From positions 5,130 to 69,129 of the forward strand of contig DASXYX010000024.1 in NCBI GenBank assembly GCA_036502245.1: 64,000 bases of DNA, given 5' to 3'. Position 1 is the stretch's first letter. Every line of letters starts with the position of its first letter. Source of the DNA: Verrucomicrobiia bacterium. Its GTDB lineage: Bacteria > Verrucomicrobiota > Verrucomicrobiia > Limisphaerales > UBA11358. Of the stretch, positions 40,552 through 51,852 are shown piece by piece. The notes under the pieces were generated by a model. It saw only the letters and a program-made list of their open reading frames with translations, was not told the DNA's origin and made no database searches. The translations under genes were made by a program, and so were the position numbers.

Positions 40552-42414
40552 ATGCCCGATATTGATTTACTGCACGAATACGCCCAATCCGGCTCCGAAC
40601 CGGCTTTCACCGCGTTGGTGGAACGGCATATCGGGTTGGTGTATTCCGCGGCATTGCGGCAGGTGGGCGATGCCCAATTGGCAGACGATATCACCCAGGC
40701 CGTCTTCATTATTTTGGCGAGGAAAGCCGGCAGGTTGCCCCGCGCCACTGTGCTGTCGGGTTGGCTGCTCAGAGCCACCCGCTTTGCCGCAAATGCCCAC
40801 ATCCGCTCCGCCATCCGGCGCACACAACGTGAACACGAGGCTTATATGCAATCCCTCAATGAACCCCATTCCCTGATCTGGGAGCAATTGGCCCCGCTCC
40901 TGGACGAAGCCATGGCCTCCCTGGGCACAACCGACCGCGCGGTGCTGGCGATGCGCTATTTTGAGAACAAAACCGCGCAGGAAATCGGCCAAATGTTGAG
41001 GTTGAACGAACAGGCGGCCCAGAAACGGGCCAATCGCGCGCTCGAAAAGCTTCGGAGCTTCTTCGCCAGGCGCGGGGTCAATTCCTCCGCCGAAACGATC
41101 GGCGAAACCATTTCCGCCCATTCCGTCCAGGTGGTGCCCCTAGCGATGGCCAAATCCGTTGCCGCCGTGGCAGTTGCCAAAGGCGCCGCCGCCTCAGCCT
41201 CAACCCTAACCCTCATCAAAGGAGCATTGAAAATTATGGCCTGGTCAAAAGCAAAATCCACCATCGCGGTCGCGGCCGTGGTGCTTTTAGGAGGCGGAGG
41301 CACAGCTATTGTCACGAAGGAAATAGTTCACGCCGTGCGGGTGGCGCATTATCCGGACATCCAGGGCGCGTGGGAGGGGGTCATGCTCGTTGATTATTAT
41401 CCCGGCGTGGTGAACGGCGAGTCGGCCAAAACCCATGTGGTGATCCATCTGGTCAAAAGATACGGCGTTTATTCAGCGACCGCTGACTTTATCGAGATGG
41501 GCCGAAAGAACGTTCCCATGGCCGGTGTTGTTTATGACTATCCATCGCTGCAGATCCAACAGACGGTGCGGGATGTGTGGAATTTAAAAGTAAATGCGAG
41601 TGCCAGGCAGATGAGGTGGGACCATTATATTCATTTCATTCAACCTGACCCTGTACAGTTGACGCGCACCACCGTACCGGACAAGGTTCCCGACCCGCTG
41701 ATGGAAGAAGATTTCACGCCACGCCACGGCTCCGATTTGCAGGGTTATTGGAAAGGACTATTAGGCGCCGGACCTGATGCGGTGCCAGTGGACCTGAAGA
41801 TTGCCGAGGAACCCGATGGAACATTTCAGGCGGAGGGTGACAACCCCATGGAAGGCGCGGACGGGGAGCCGCTGATCGTCACTTACAAGCGGCCCATGGC
41901 AACTTTTGCGGTGGCGTCAGGCGCCGGTGTGTTTCGCGGCCAGGTCAACGATGACGACACGGAAATCTCGGGCACCTGGGTACAAGGCGGCCAATCTCTC
42001 CCCGCCAGGATCAAGCGCGCCGATTATCAGGCCGAGCATGCGCAGGATGCGGAGAAGAATTACACATACACCTCGAAAGATGATTTGCAGGGACATTGGA
42101 AAGGATCATGGATCCTGACCGTATCAAAATCCAAGGCGACCATGCGCATGGCGCTCGATATTGCCAAACTGCCGGATGGTTCTTATTCCGCCACGATTTC
42201 GAGCGTGGACCAATTCGGATTTGACGCGCCGATACCGGCTTCTGATTTTCAATTTTCTTCGCCGAACGTTCATGCGGAATGGAAATGGGCGGGCGCGGGG
42301 TATGGCGGAGATGTGTCGCCAGGTTATGACGGAAAACTCGAAAACGGCAAACTCGTTGGCACATGGAATCAAAGTGGCGGCAGTTTTAAGCTGGTGTTTG
42401 AAAGACAGAACTAA
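40552..42414 (+). CDS. ECF sigma factor 1 fused to TM helix and three repeated extracytoplasmic beta domains
   Basis: [28 protein letters not shown], sigma4 region; DIQGAWEG / DLQGYWKG / DLQGHWKG repeats. Confidence 0.9.
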   Translation: MPDIDLLHEYAQSGSEPAFTALVERHIGLVYSAALRQVGDAQLADDITQAVFIILARKAGRLPRATVLSGWLLRATRFAANAHIRSAIRRTQREHEAYMQSLNEPHSLIWEQLAPLLDEAMASLGTTDRAVLAMRYFENKTAQEIGQMLRLNEQAAQKRANRALEKLRSFFARRGVNSSAETIGETISAHSVQVVPLAMAKSVAAVAVAKGAAASASTLTLIKGALKIMAWSKAKSTIAVAAVVLLGGGGTAIVTKEIVHAVRVAHYPDIQGAWEGVMLVDYYPGVVNGESAKTHVVIHLVKRYGVYSATADFIEMGRKNVPMAGVVYDYPSLQIQQTVRDVWNLKVNASARQMRWDHYIHFIQPDPVQLTRTTVPDKVPDPLMEEDFTPRHGSDLQGYWKGLLGAGPDAVPVDLKIAEEPDGTFQAEGDNPMEGADGEPLIVTYKRPMATFAVASGAGVFRGQVNDDDTEISGTWVQGGQSLPARIKRADYQAEHAQDAEKNYTYTSKDDLQGHWKGSWILTVSKSKATMRMALDIAKLPDGSYSATISSVDQFGFDAPIPASDFQFSSPNVHAEWKWAGAGYGGDVSPGYDGKLENGKLVGTWNQSGGSFKLVFERQN

Positions 42415-42431
42415 CTCTAATAACAATAAAT

Positions 42432-42653
42432 ATGAATAAATCGTTTATCCATCTATTGGCTATTGTTTCAGTCCCGTTGCTTTTGACCGGATGCGCAGGC
42501 CCCAACTTGTCTCTCGGCAGCGGATCCAAGACCGTCGTCGAAAAACCCACTCTCGGCCAACAACTCATTGATCTAAAAAAGGCAGAAGACAGCGGAGCAA
42601 TCACACCTTCAGAGTATCAGTCCCAGAAGGACAGACTTCTCCAGGGCAATTAA
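42432..42653 (+). CDS. Small lipoprotein with SHOCT domain
   Basis: LLTGC lipobox; LGQQLIDLKKA.DSGAITPSEYQSQK.RLL. Confidence 0.85.
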   Translation: MNKSFIHLLAIVSVPLLLTGCAGPNLSLGSGSKTVVEKPTLGQQLIDLKKAEDSGAITPSEYQSQKDRLLQGN

Positions 42654-42692
42654 GATGAAACATATCCGTCATGGACGGACTAAGAAGCAAGA

Positions 42693-42881
42693 ATGACAAA
42701 TCATGTTCCATTCCTCATTTGCACTTATGCAGGCTTTCTCCTGTTCAGCCTGTTTCAACAAACGCGATGGCTGCAACGGGTCAAATTCATCGGCTTGATC
42801 GCCCTGTGCGTACGGACCGCATGGTATGTAACGGGAGCGGTCGTCTGGTTTTGGTCGTGGCTTTACCAAAAGATGATATGA
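42693..42881 (+). CDS. Possible small membrane protein
   Basis: 62-aa hydrophobic ORF filling the gap; competing frames exist. Confidence 0.3.
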   Translation: MTNHVPFLICTYAGFLLFSLFQQTRWLQRVKFIGLIALCVRTAWYVTGAVVWFWSWLYQKMI

Positions 42882-42974
42882 TCGCGCCACTGAAAGCGTT
42901 GGTTTGGATGCCCATCCTCGACAACGTGGAATAGCGGATTTGACAGGGATCTGTCTACCGGTAATACTAACGGT

Positions 42975-43238
42975 ATGACCAACGCCAAATTGTTAAGTGT
43001 GAAAGTTCCGATGAGAGTTTTCCAGGCGCTGCCTGGAGCACATAAGGGACGCAGCCGGTTCATCATCGCAGCGTTGGAGGAAAAAATCCAGCGGGGACAG
43101 TCGGAATGGCAACCCACCAGCGAGCGCGGTCGCCGGCTCAAAGCCATTTTAGACAAGGGCGCGGCCGAACGCGGACCATTATTGGATGACGAGGGAATTG
43201 CCCGTGAGCTGCAGGAGCGCCGCGGGAGGTTCCATTGA
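42975..43238 (+). CDS. Putative RHH-type antitoxin
   Basis: LLSVKVP...RSRFIIAALEEK; TTGACA-17-AATACT promoter; overlaps the PIN gene. Confidence 0.75.
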   Translation: MTNAKLLSVKVPMRVFQALPGAHKGRSRFIIAALEEKIQRGQSEWQPTSERGRRLKAILDKGAAERGPLLDDEGIARELQERRGRFH

Positions 43239-43639
43239 AAACGATGCTCGATTCCAGCGTTTTGCTTCAGGCCTGGCGCGGAAATTCACCCCGATCGGCG
43301 GCCGCCAAGGAAATTTTGTCCGACCCGTCGCGTGATTTTGTCACCTGTGAAAACGTACAATTGGAATTGCTTCCCAAACCGGCCTTTGAGAAGCGCCATT
43401 CCGAAGTGGAATTTTACATGGCGCATTTTTCGGAAGCTTCCGCCTGCGAACGATTCAGCGAAGCACTGGGCAAAGCAGCGCTGGCACTGGCCACGCGACA
43501 CGGTTTGTCAGCGGGCGATGCGTTAAACCTGGCGTCCGCCATCAAGCTGGGCGCGAATGAATTCATTACAAGCGAATCGCCGGGCAAGCCGGTGTTCCGC
43601 ACTTCGGGGGTCAAAGTGATTTCGTTGCACTCCCTCTGA
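43235..43639 (+). CDS. PIN-domain (VapC-like) toxin
   Basis: MLDSSVLL, LELLPKP, GL.A.DAL.LA.A, FITSE. Confidence 0.85.
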   Translation: MKTMLDSSVLLQAWRGNSPRSAAAKEILSDPSRDFVTCENVQLELLPKPAFEKRHSEVEFYMAHFSEASACERFSEALGKAALALATRHGLSAGDALNLASAIKLGANEFITSESPGKPVFRTSGVKVISLHSL

Positions 43640-43760
43640 CCGGGGTTACGGGCAGCGTATCAGGACGACAGAAAATTTCGGCCCGCAATTTCTTTCCATC
43701 GGGGTGATCGGAAAAATTATTTCCGGTTTGCGGGCGTAGCGGCAATATACCTGTGAAACC

Positions 43761-45233
43761 ATGCCTGAGCCTGACAATCAGTTGGTCGCCGAATTCAATG
43801 CCCAGCGCAGTGAAACGGCATTCGCCGCCCTGGTGCGACAACACCTGAACATGGTGTTCTCCACCGCGTTGCGGCAGGTGGGCGATGCCGGTGCCGCGGA
43901 GGAGATAGCGCAAAATGTCTTTGTGGCGCTGGCGCAATCGTCGGGCAAATTGGAATCGCACCCAACGATCGCCGGTTGGCTTTACCAGACCACGCTGAAC
44001 AAAGCCCGCGAATGGGTTCGCTCGGAGTTGCGACGGCGGCGGCGCGAGCAAACGGCGGCGGACCTCAACCTGGCGCGTGCGGAAGGCGATTCCCTGTGGT
44101 CGCCGCTGGTTCCCCTGCTCGACGAGGCGCTCCTGCAATTGCATGAAACAGACCGGTCGGCGGTGGTCATGCGTTTCATGGAGGGCCAGACGTACCAGGA
44201 GGTCGGTTCGGCCCTGGACATCAGCGAAGACGCCGCGCGCAAACGCGTCAACCGCTGCCTCGAACAACTTACTCATTTTTTCCAATGTCGCGGCTTCACC
44301 ACGCCCGCTCTCGCGGTCGATGCGCCGCTTTTTGCGCTGGCCATGCATGTCGCGCCCGCTACGTTGGCAGGCCACGCAACCAAAACCGCGTTGGCAACCA
44401 CTCATTCCGCATCTTCAACCCTAACCCTTAAAGGAGCATTGAAACTTATGGCATGGACCAAAGCACATACCACCCTCACCGCCGGCATAGCCGCCCTGTT
44501 CGTCATCGGAGCCACCACTGCGACCGTTGTCACCGTCAAAAAAATCCAGGCGTACGAGGTGGAAAATTACCTCGCGCATTGGGACAAGATGAACCTCAAT
44601 GACGCGCCGTTGCCAAACGTGGCGCTGCTCCGGCCAACCCGCTACCAGAACCAGGGCGATTGGATCCTTATCGGCGGCACGGGACCTGACGACCGGGCTA
44701 TGCGCCGGGACGCCAGCTTTCAGGAAGTCCTCTCAACCGCGTATGGCTTCAGCCCCGAACAAATGGTTTTTAATACCCGGCTGCCACGCGGCGGATTTGA
44801 TATGCTCCTCACCACCCCCAGCAACTCCCGTGAGACGTTGCGCACCGAGATCAAAAAACAGTTCGGTATTGTCGCTCATCCGGAGACACGCGATATGGAT
44901 GTCCTGGTCATGAAAGATGGCAACACCAACGCATCCGGCATCAAGATCAGTGACGGCGGTGGGCCGAACATTTTGGAGGACGCCGGAAGCATCAAACTAC
45001 ACGGCTATACCATGGCTGATATCGCCCATCTGATCGGGACACTTGATCACAAGCCGGTGGTTGATGAAACGGGCCTGACCAACGCTTATGACGTGGATGC
45101 CAGTTGGGATCCCAAACTTCAGGGAAAAGCTTTGCAAAACAAGCTCGATGACATCATCCGTAACCAGTTCGGCCTTCAATTGACGCCGGACACACAGCCG
45201 GTCCAGGTTCTTGTCGTCGAAAAGGCAAAATAA
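43761..45233 (+). CDS. ECF sigma factor 2 fused to TM helix and TIGR03435/DUF3738-like domain
   Basis: Sigma2/sigma4 motifs; PVVDETGLTNAYD, QFGLQL...PVQVLVVEK. Confidence 0.9.
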   Translation: MPEPDNQLVAEFNAQRSETAFAALVRQHLNMVFSTALRQVGDAGAAEEIAQNVFVALAQSSGKLESHPTIAGWLYQTTLNKAREWVRSELRRRRREQTAADLNLARAEGDSLWSPLVPLLDEALLQLHETDRSAVVMRFMEGQTYQEVGSALDISEDAARKRVNRCLEQLTHFFQCRGFTTPALAVDAPLFALAMHVAPATLAGHATKTALATTHSASSTLTLKGALKLMAWTKAHTTLTAGIAALFVIGATTATVVTVKKIQAYEVENYLAHWDKMNLNDAPLPNVALLRPTRYQNQGDWILIGGTGPDDRAMRRDASFQEVLSTAYGFSPEQMVFNTRLPRGGFDMLLTTPSNSRETLRTEIKKQFGIVAHPETRDMDVLVMKDGNTNASGIKISDGGGPNILEDAGSIKLHGYTMADIAHLIGTLDHKPVVDETGLTNAYDVDASWDPKLQGKALQNKLDDIIRNQFGLQLTPDTQPVQVLVVEKAK

Positions 45234-45391
45234 CTGTCACCGTTCCCGCTTCGGCGGACACATATAGGTGTGATAGACAAATTCCGGCCCGGTACCCGTC
45301 TCTCTAAAGGCGGGCTTGTCCCGTTTATAAACTTTCTTTATTTTTGTAACTGTTATCAGAAAACAGTGTTTATATCATAAACACGGAATTT

Positions 45392-46186
45392 ATGACCAAA
45401 ACTCAAATCATTGCATGGGGCAGTGTGAGCGCGGTATTGATCGCGGCGGCTATCGCTGTGAAATTGATCTTTTTTCCGTCTCTCAGTGAGACATACTTCG
45501 CCGTCAGTTCCAGCCGGTTGAGGACCGTGCCTGCGGGATACGTTGTGGTGCGTCCGACCCACTCTGCCGCGCAGAGCCGGACCGCCCAAAATCGCATCGC
45601 TTATGCCACTAAAGGAAGCGAACGGATTGTCGGCGTCAATGTCACCTTTCATACCCTGATTTCGCTGGCTTACAGCCATGATCCGGCGCATATCACGTTG
45701 CCATGGAACGCGCCTACGAATCAAAATTACGACATCCTGGTCACCGCTCCCGGCGATATTTCGCAACACCTGCAAGCGGCCATCCGAAGCAAACTCGGTT
45801 TCGTAGCCGACGTAGAAACCAACGAAGTCGATGTTATGGCATTGAAGATTGAAAATCCAACGGCGCAGATGCAGAACTTCAAGCTCAGTCCGGACATTGA
45901 AAAAGAGAACGAAGACATGAAGAATGGCCGCCTCTATTTCACTCATACGCGGCTGTTAACCATAATGAACGGCCTTGAGCAGATCATCCGAAGCCCCGTG
46001 GTGGACGAGACCGGCCTCACCAATTCCTACGATTTCTCGGTCGCCTGGAGCACCCAACTGGAAAAGCAGTTGCAAGGCGGCACGTTCAGCAAAGATCTCG
46101 GGGCGAAAATCCTGAGCGATTGGGGGCTGGGAATGGAGCCGGACACGGCCCCGATCGCAATGCTCGTTGTAAAGAAGGCGCCCTGA
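45392..46186 (+). CDS. Stand-alone TM + TIGR03435/DUF3738-like protein
   Basis: N-terminal anchor; LISLAY, PVVDETGLTNSYDF, GL.MEP..API.MLVV. Confidence 0.85.
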   Translation: MTKTQIIAWGSVSAVLIAAAIAVKLIFFPSLSETYFAVSSSRLRTVPAGYVVVRPTHSAAQSRTAQNRIAYATKGSERIVGVNVTFHTLISLAYSHDPAHITLPWNAPTNQNYDILVTAPGDISQHLQAAIRSKLGFVADVETNEVDVMALKIENPTAQMQNFKLSPDIEKENEDMKNGRLYFTHTRLLTIMNGLEQIIRSPVVDETGLTNSYDFSVAWSTQLEKQLQGGTFSKDLGAKILSDWGLGMEPDTAPIAMLVVKKAP

Positions 46187-46304
46187 TGCAATCAATTGTC
46201 CTCTTTTGCCATTTTGCGGACATACTGTATAAGGGCATAAAGGCCTGTCATTGAACATAAATAAATATTTTGCGTCAAAATCGATTATATTATCAGCAAC
46301 TCGA

Positions 46305-47090
46305 ATGAACCAAAACCGGACCAATCAAGCCAGCAACCGTAAGGCATCGCCGCCTGGATTCACGTTGATCGAACTATTAGTCGTCATCGCCATCATCGGC
46401 ATCCTGGCAGGGTTGCTCCTGCCCGTCCTGGGGGCAGCCAAACGCCGCGCTGCCCAGGCCGCCTGCATCAATAACCAAAAACAACTCGGCCTGGGCATGA
46501 GAATGTATATTGATGATGCGCACGATACTTTTCCCGGCATGGCCTCCCAGCACAGCGGTTTCCAGACATCTGACTGGATCTATTGGCGCACCAATTCCTC
46601 TTTTCCCCAGGTCCAGCAAAGTCCCATTGTCCTCACGCTGGCCAATACCAGCGCCACTCTGTTCCGCTGCCCCCTGGACAGGGACGATACCGCGCGTTTC
46701 GCCATAGCCGAGAGCGACCCCACCGACGGCCCCTACTTGTACAGTTACAGTCTGACCAGCTATCTGCCCACCACCGACGCCAATGGAAATACTATCAGCC
46801 CGGGAATGTCCTCAAACTTTTCCCAGACACCGCCACTCCCGTTCAAGTTGAACCAGGTTCGCAATCCTTCGGGCAAAATCATGCTCGCCGAAGAAGTGGC
46901 CTCGGAGGGCGGCAGAGATAATCCCACGGGCGCAGGGGTCATCAATGACGGACGCTGGATGCCCCAGAACCCGGACATTTTGACCTCGCGGCATGATGGC
47001 AAGGCCGATGTGGTCTTTGCTGATTTCCACGTCGATCCCGAGACACCGGATTTCGGGGAGGATGTGAACAATTCTCAACCCGATTTATGA
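46305..47090 (+). CDS. Prepilin-type N-methylation / H-X9-DG family protein
   Basis: [43 protein letters not shown]. Confidence 0.9.
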   Translation: MNQNRTNQASNRKASPPGFTLIELLVVIAIIGILAGLLLPVLGAAKRRAAQAACINNQKQLGLGMRMYIDDAHDTFPGMASQHSGFQTSDWIYWRTNSSFPQVQQSPIVLTLANTSATLFRCPLDRDDTARFAIAESDPTDGPYLYSYSLTSYLPTTDANGNTISPGMSSNFSQTPPLPFKLNQVRNPSGKIMLAEEVASEGGRDNPTGAGVINDGRWMPQNPDILTSRHDGKADVVFADFHVDPETPDFGEDVNNSQPDL

Positions 47091-47860
47091 ACCTGCATCA
47101 TCAATGCGAACCCCGCATGAGACGTGGATTCACATTGATCGAACTGCTCGTGGTCATCGCCATCATCGGCATCCTCGCCGCGTTGCTCCTGCCCGTCCTG
47201 GGCGCGGCCAAGCGCCGTGCCGCCCAGGCCGCCTGCATCAACAACCTGAAACAACTCGGCACGGGCATGAGGATGTATATTGACGACAACCACGATACTT
47301 TTCCCGGCATGGCCTCCGAGCACAATGGTTTTCAGACTTCTGATTGGATCTATTGGCGAACCAATACTGCTTATCCCCAGGTCCAGCAAAGTCCCATTGT
47401 CCTCACATTGGCCAACACCAGCGCCAGTCTTTTCCGATGCCCGTTGGATAGGGACGACAGCGCGCGGTTTGCCGAGGGCGCGAACGATCCGGCCAATGGC
47501 CCCTACATGTACAGCTACAGTTTGACCAGTTTCGATCCAGGCACCGATGCGAACGGCAATGCCGTTGCCATGGGAATGTCCTCAAATTTTTCAAAAAATC
47601 GCAACCTGCCTTTTAAGCTGGCCGCAGTCCGCAATTCCGCCGGAAAAATCATGCTTGCCGAAGAAGTCGCCTCCGCCGGTGGCAGCGACAATCCCACGGG
47701 CGCAACAGTGATCGATGACGGGCGCTGGATGCCGGCGGAACCTGACCTGCTGACCTCTCGCCACGATGGCAAGGCCGATGTGACCTTCGCCGATTTTCAC
47801 GTCGCCCCAGTCACCCCGGACTTTGCCCAGGACGTAAACAATTCCGAACCGGATTTGTGA
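47087..47860 (+). CDS. Prepilin-type / H-X9-DG family protein, close paralog of 46305-47090
   Basis: [29 protein letters not shown]; long stretches identical to the upstream gene. Confidence 0.9.
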   Translation: MNLHHQCEPRMRRGFTLIELLVVIAIIGILAALLLPVLGAAKRRAAQAACINNLKQLGTGMRMYIDDNHDTFPGMASEHNGFQTSDWIYWRTNTAYPQVQQSPIVLTLANTSASLFRCPLDRDDSARFAEGANDPANGPYMYSYSLTSFDPGTDANGNAVAMGMSSNFSKNRNLPFKLAAVRNSAGKIMLAEEVASAGGSDNPTGATVIDDGRWMPAEPDLLTSRHDGKADVTFADFHVAPVTPDFAQDVNNSEPDL

Positions 47861-48618
47861 ACCCTCGCCGCGCTTTCACCCTGATTGAACTGCTCGTCGT
47901 CATCGCCATCATTGTCATTCTGGCGGCGCTGTTGCTGCCGGCCCTGAACAACGCTAAAAACGATGGCGCCAAAACGACAGATCTCAGTAATTTCCATCAG
48001 ATAATGGCCGCTATTCATATTTACACTACGGATAATCGCGATTCGCTGACGTGGCCCAATTGGGACTATGGCAGGCCGATGCCCAACAAAACGACTCCTC
48101 CCGGCTGGCTTTATGAAATTAATCCTTCCGCCTCCGGTCCTGCCGCTTTTAACGCACAGGCGGGGTTGCTTTGGAACGTCTTGCATGGCGGCAAAATTCT
48201 TCTCTGCCCCATGGACAATCCCACGGAATCCTATCCGCCGGACAAGAATGGAAAAATCACCAGCCGCGCGGAGCAGCTTTCCAGCTACATAATGAACGGA
48301 GCGGTTATTGGCTTCCGAACCGGCTATCGATCTAACGCACCGCCCGTCAAAATTTCCCAGATGAACGCCGGAGATTGCTTGTTCTGGGAGGCGGACGACC
48401 GGATTGCTTTTGCGTTCAATGATGGATCGAGCTGGCCGTTGGAAGGAGTCACCGCGCGCCATGCAAATGGCGCCACCTGGGCCGCCATCGATGGTTCTTC
48501 GAGATATATCCGCGATCTCGATTGGACCAGCGAGGCAAAGGATACTAATAAAAATAGCCTCTGGTGCTTTCCGTTAACGCCCGACGGCGGCGACCGCGTA
48601 TATGGACACGACCGCTGA
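47857..48618 (+). CDS. Prepilin-type / H-X9-DG family protein
   Basis: [31 protein letters not shown] overlap with the previous gene. Confidence 0.88.
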   Translation: MNPRRAFTLIELLVVIAIIVILAALLLPALNNAKNDGAKTTDLSNFHQIMAAIHIYTTDNRDSLTWPNWDYGRPMPNKTTPPGWLYEINPSASGPAAFNAQAGLLWNVLHGGKILLCPMDNPTESYPPDKNGKITSRAEQLSSYIMNGAVIGFRTGYRSNAPPVKISQMNAGDCLFWEADDRIAFAFNDGSSWPLEGVTARHANGATWAAIDGSSRYIRDLDWTSEAKDTNKNSLWCFPLTPDGGDRVYGHDR

Positions 48619-48695
48619 CCGGGAGTCCATCTCATTCAGTTTGACCTGCAAAATTAATTGTCTCCTTTTCCCGCCGGTGTCCATTTATTAAGTGG

Positions 48696-50171
48696 ATGAT
48701 GAATGATGACATCGCGCTGGTACGCAAATACGCCGCCAGCCGTTCCGAACAGGCCTTTGAGACACTGGTCACGCGCCATGTCAATCTTGTCTATTCGGCA
48801 GCCATCCGGCAGGTCAACGATGCCCACCTGGCCGAGGACGTCACCCAGGCGGTCTTTGTCATCCTGGCGCGAAAAGCCTCGTCGCTTCCCGCCAAAACCG
48901 TCTTGTCCGGCTGGCTTTACAAAACCGCGCGCTTCGTCGCCGCCGACGCTCTCAAAACCCAACGCCGTCGCGAGCGGCGCGAACAGGAGGCCCATATGGA
49001 ATCTCTCAATGACTCCGTGCAACTCGATTCCGAATGGCAAAAACTCTCTCCCTTCCTCGACGAGGCCATGGCGCATTTGCATGACACAGACCGTAACGCC
49101 GTCGTGTTGCGCTTTTTTGAAGGCCGCAACTTGCAGGAGATCGGCACAGCCCTCGGCTTGAGCGAGGACGCCGCCAAAAAACGCGTCAGCCGCGCCCTTG
49201 AGAAGCTCCGCAAATTTCTCGCCCGCCGCGGCGTCGATTCCACCACCACCGCCATCGGCGAAACCATCGCGGCCAATTCCATCCAGGCCGCCCCCGCAGT
49301 TCTCGCCAAATCCATTACCGCCGTGGCCGTCGTCAAAGGCGCCGCCGCTTCAACCTCAACCTTAACCCTCATCAAAGGAACTCTAAAAATTATGGCATGG
49401 TCCAAAACTCAAACCGCGATTGTCGCCGGCGTGGTTGTGCTCTTCGCAGCCGGAACTGCCACCGTAACCGTTAAACAAATCGAAAAGGCGCACACTTCGG
49501 ACAATGCATGGCGAAATCCAAACATCGATTCGGGCACTGTCGATAAACTGCCGCCAAAACTGGAGATCGCGCCGACAATATTCCCGAAGGGAGGAAATTG
49601 TTCAGCCGGATACGGAAGTCTTAAATGTGTCGGAATCGACCAATCGGTCGCCAACCTCATCAACTATGCCTATGACTGGCCGCAAGCCCGGATGGTTTTT
49701 CCCGGCGGCCAGCAACCACAGGAGAAATACGATTTCGTTGCCACCCTCCCCCAAGGAAACCGCGAAGCCTTGAAAGACGAATTGAAGAACAGATTGGGGT
49801 GGGTCGGACATCCTGAAACCAGAAACGAAGACGCCCTGCTGCTCGTAACAGTCAATGCAAACGCTCCCGGATTACACCCACCGACAAAGGGGAATTATTC
49901 CTACATGAACGGGAATGGGAATCGAATGAAAATCACCTGGGCAAATGAACCCATCTCTACAATAGATTTTTTCCTCCAGGGCAGCTCGCCTATGCCGATC
50001 ATCGATGAAACTCACGACACTAAACATTATAACGTCGATCTCAAATGGACCGAAGACCTGGCGGACCCAGAACATACCGCCCTGCAAAAGGTCATGCGAG
50101 AGCAACTCGGTCTCGTGCTGGTTCCCACCAATATGCCCATCGATATGCTCGTCGTCGAAAAAGTGAAGTGA
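48696..50171 (+). CDS. ECF sigma factor 3 fused to TM helix and TIGR03435-like domain
   Basis: Sigma2/sigma4 motifs; PIIDET...Y...L.W, EQLGL.LVP...P..MLVVEK. Confidence 0.9.
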   Translation: MMNDDIALVRKYAASRSEQAFETLVTRHVNLVYSAAIRQVNDAHLAEDVTQAVFVILARKASSLPAKTVLSGWLYKTARFVAADALKTQRRRERREQEAHMESLNDSVQLDSEWQKLSPFLDEAMAHLHDTDRNAVVLRFFEGRNLQEIGTALGLSEDAAKKRVSRALEKLRKFLARRGVDSTTTAIGETIAANSIQAAPAVLAKSITAVAVVKGAAASTSTLTLIKGTLKIMAWSKTQTAIVAGVVVLFAAGTATVTVKQIEKAHTSDNAWRNPNIDSGTVDKLPPKLEIAPTIFPKGGNCSAGYGSLKCVGIDQSVANLINYAYDWPQARMVFPGGQQPQEKYDFVATLPQGNREALKDELKNRLGWVGHPETRNEDALLLVTVNANAPGLHPPTKGNYSYMNGNGNRMKITWANEPISTIDFFLQGSSPMPIIDETHDTKHYNVDLKWTEDLADPEHTALQKVMREQLGLVLVPTNMPIDMLVVEKVK

Positions 50172-50249
50172 TCTCCGCCTGGATGATTCCCAAAGTCACC
50201 TTTAAAAATAGTTGTCTGCCGTCCGGTCATGGCGGCAATAATACTATGA

Positions 50250-51806
50250 ATGCAAGATTTTCAGGACACGGACTTGTTGCGCAGCTATGCCCGGCATAAT
50301 TCGGAAGCCGCCTTTTCAGAATTAGTGCGCCGGCACATCGGCCTGGTCTATTCCGCCGCCCTTCGCCAGGTCAACAACCCGGCGCAGGCTGAAGAGATCA
50401 CCCAGGCGGTCTTCATTATCCTTGCCCGTAAAGCCGCTCTCCTGCGTTCAAATGTTGTTCTGGATGGCTGGCTCTATGAAACCACACGATTCACCGCCTT
50501 AAGCGCGCTTCGCGCCGAACGGCGGCGGCTATTCCGCGAACAGGAGGCTTTTATGCGATCCAACATGGATGAGACCGATGCTCCCTTGCTTTGGAACCAA
50601 CTGGCTCCATTGTTGGAGGAAGCCATAGCGCGGCTCGGCAAAACAGATCGCGATGCCCTGGTCCTGCGTTTTTTTAAAGGTAAAAGCGTGCGCGAAGTCG
50701 CCACGGTGATAAACATGACCGAAGCGGCGGCGCAACGGCGCATCCTCCGCGCCCTCGAGAAACTCCGTAAGTTTCTCGCCCGGCGCGGAATCAATTCCAC
50801 CGCCGGCGCCATCGGCGAAACCATCGCCGCCAACTCCATTCAGGCCGCGCCCATCGCCCTGGCCAAATCTGTGACTGCCGTAGCCGTTGCCAAAGGCGCG
50901 GCCGGTTCCGCATCAACTTTAACCCTCATCAAAGGAGCATTGAAACTTATGGCATGGACTAAAACTCGAACCACCATCGTAACCACCGCAATCGTGTTGC
51001 TGATGGCAGCCGGAACCACTGCAACCGTCAAAGATGTTGAATACCACCAATACGCCCGAAAATATTATACCTGGCAGGTCCGACAGGCGGATTTCGGCGT
51101 TTTCTACAAAGCCTTGCCACAGATCTCAATCCTGCCCACCCGGTTCGAAGGTGATACCAATGGCGGTTGGTGCGCAGACGGCAGCAGAGGCGCTATGGGC
51201 ATTGACCAGCCGATCAAAGAAATGGCCGAAGTTGCTTACCAGCAGGATGACCTGCACACCGTTGCGATCTCCGGTCTGCCGACCAACCGGTATGATTTTC
51301 TGGCGAAATTGGTCGGCCCCATGGTTCAACATCAAAATTTTCCTCAAAATGAGAAATGGGCCGGTGAATTTCAAAAAGCCATCGCCAAACAGCTTGGAGT
51401 CACTGGCCGGTTTGAAATGCGAAACACAGACGTTTGGCTTCTGAGGCCTGTTCCCGCCGGGGTTCACGGTTTCAAAACCAGCCATGGCATGCCGGGCGGC
51501 ATAGCGGTTAAATCCATCCATCAGGCAGGTCCGACGAGTATCACGGTTGGCAATGAATACCACGAGCAACCCGTCAGCACATTCATGTATATGCTTCAAT
51601 TCAACCTCAAGCAAACGGTCGTTGATGATACGGGTTTGACCAATTCTTACGATTTTTCTTTCACCTGGACACAAGACAAGGACGTGCGTGGCATGCCTTT
51701 GCCGGACATTGACGAACTAAATCCATTGCTCACCGATCAACTTGGCCTCGAACTCGTCTCCACCAATATGCCCGTCCGAATGCTCGTCGTCGAAAAGGTG
51801 AAATAA
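50250..51806 (+). CDS. ECF sigma factor 4 fused to TM helix and TIGR03435-like domain
   Basis: Sigma2/sigma4 motifs; VVDDTGLTNSYDF, DQLGLELV. Confidence 0.9.
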   Translation: MQDFQDTDLLRSYARHNSEAAFSELVRRHIGLVYSAALRQVNNPAQAEEITQAVFIILARKAALLRSNVVLDGWLYETTRFTALSALRAERRRLFREQEAFMRSNMDETDAPLLWNQLAPLLEEAIARLGKTDRDALVLRFFKGKSVREVATVINMTEAAAQRRILRALEKLRKFLARRGINSTAGAIGETIAANSIQAAPIALAKSVTAVAVAKGAAGSASTLTLIKGALKLMAWTKTRTTIVTTAIVLLMAAGTTATVKDVEYHQYARKYYTWQVRQADFGVFYKALPQISILPTRFEGDTNGGWCADGSRGAMGIDQPIKEMAEVAYQQDDLHTVAISGLPTNRYDFLAKLVGPMVQHQNFPQNEKWAGEFQKAIAKQLGVTGRFEMRNTDVWLLRPVPAGVHGFKTSHGMPGGIAVKSIHQAGPTSITVGNEYHEQPVSTFMYMLQFNLKQTVVDDTGLTNSYDFSFTWTQDKDVRGMPLPDIDELNPLLTDQLGLELVSTNMPVRMLVVEKVK

Positions 51807-51852
51807 ACATTTTCTTTGTCCCGTTTTGGGGTTCATGGACATCATGGGGTAA

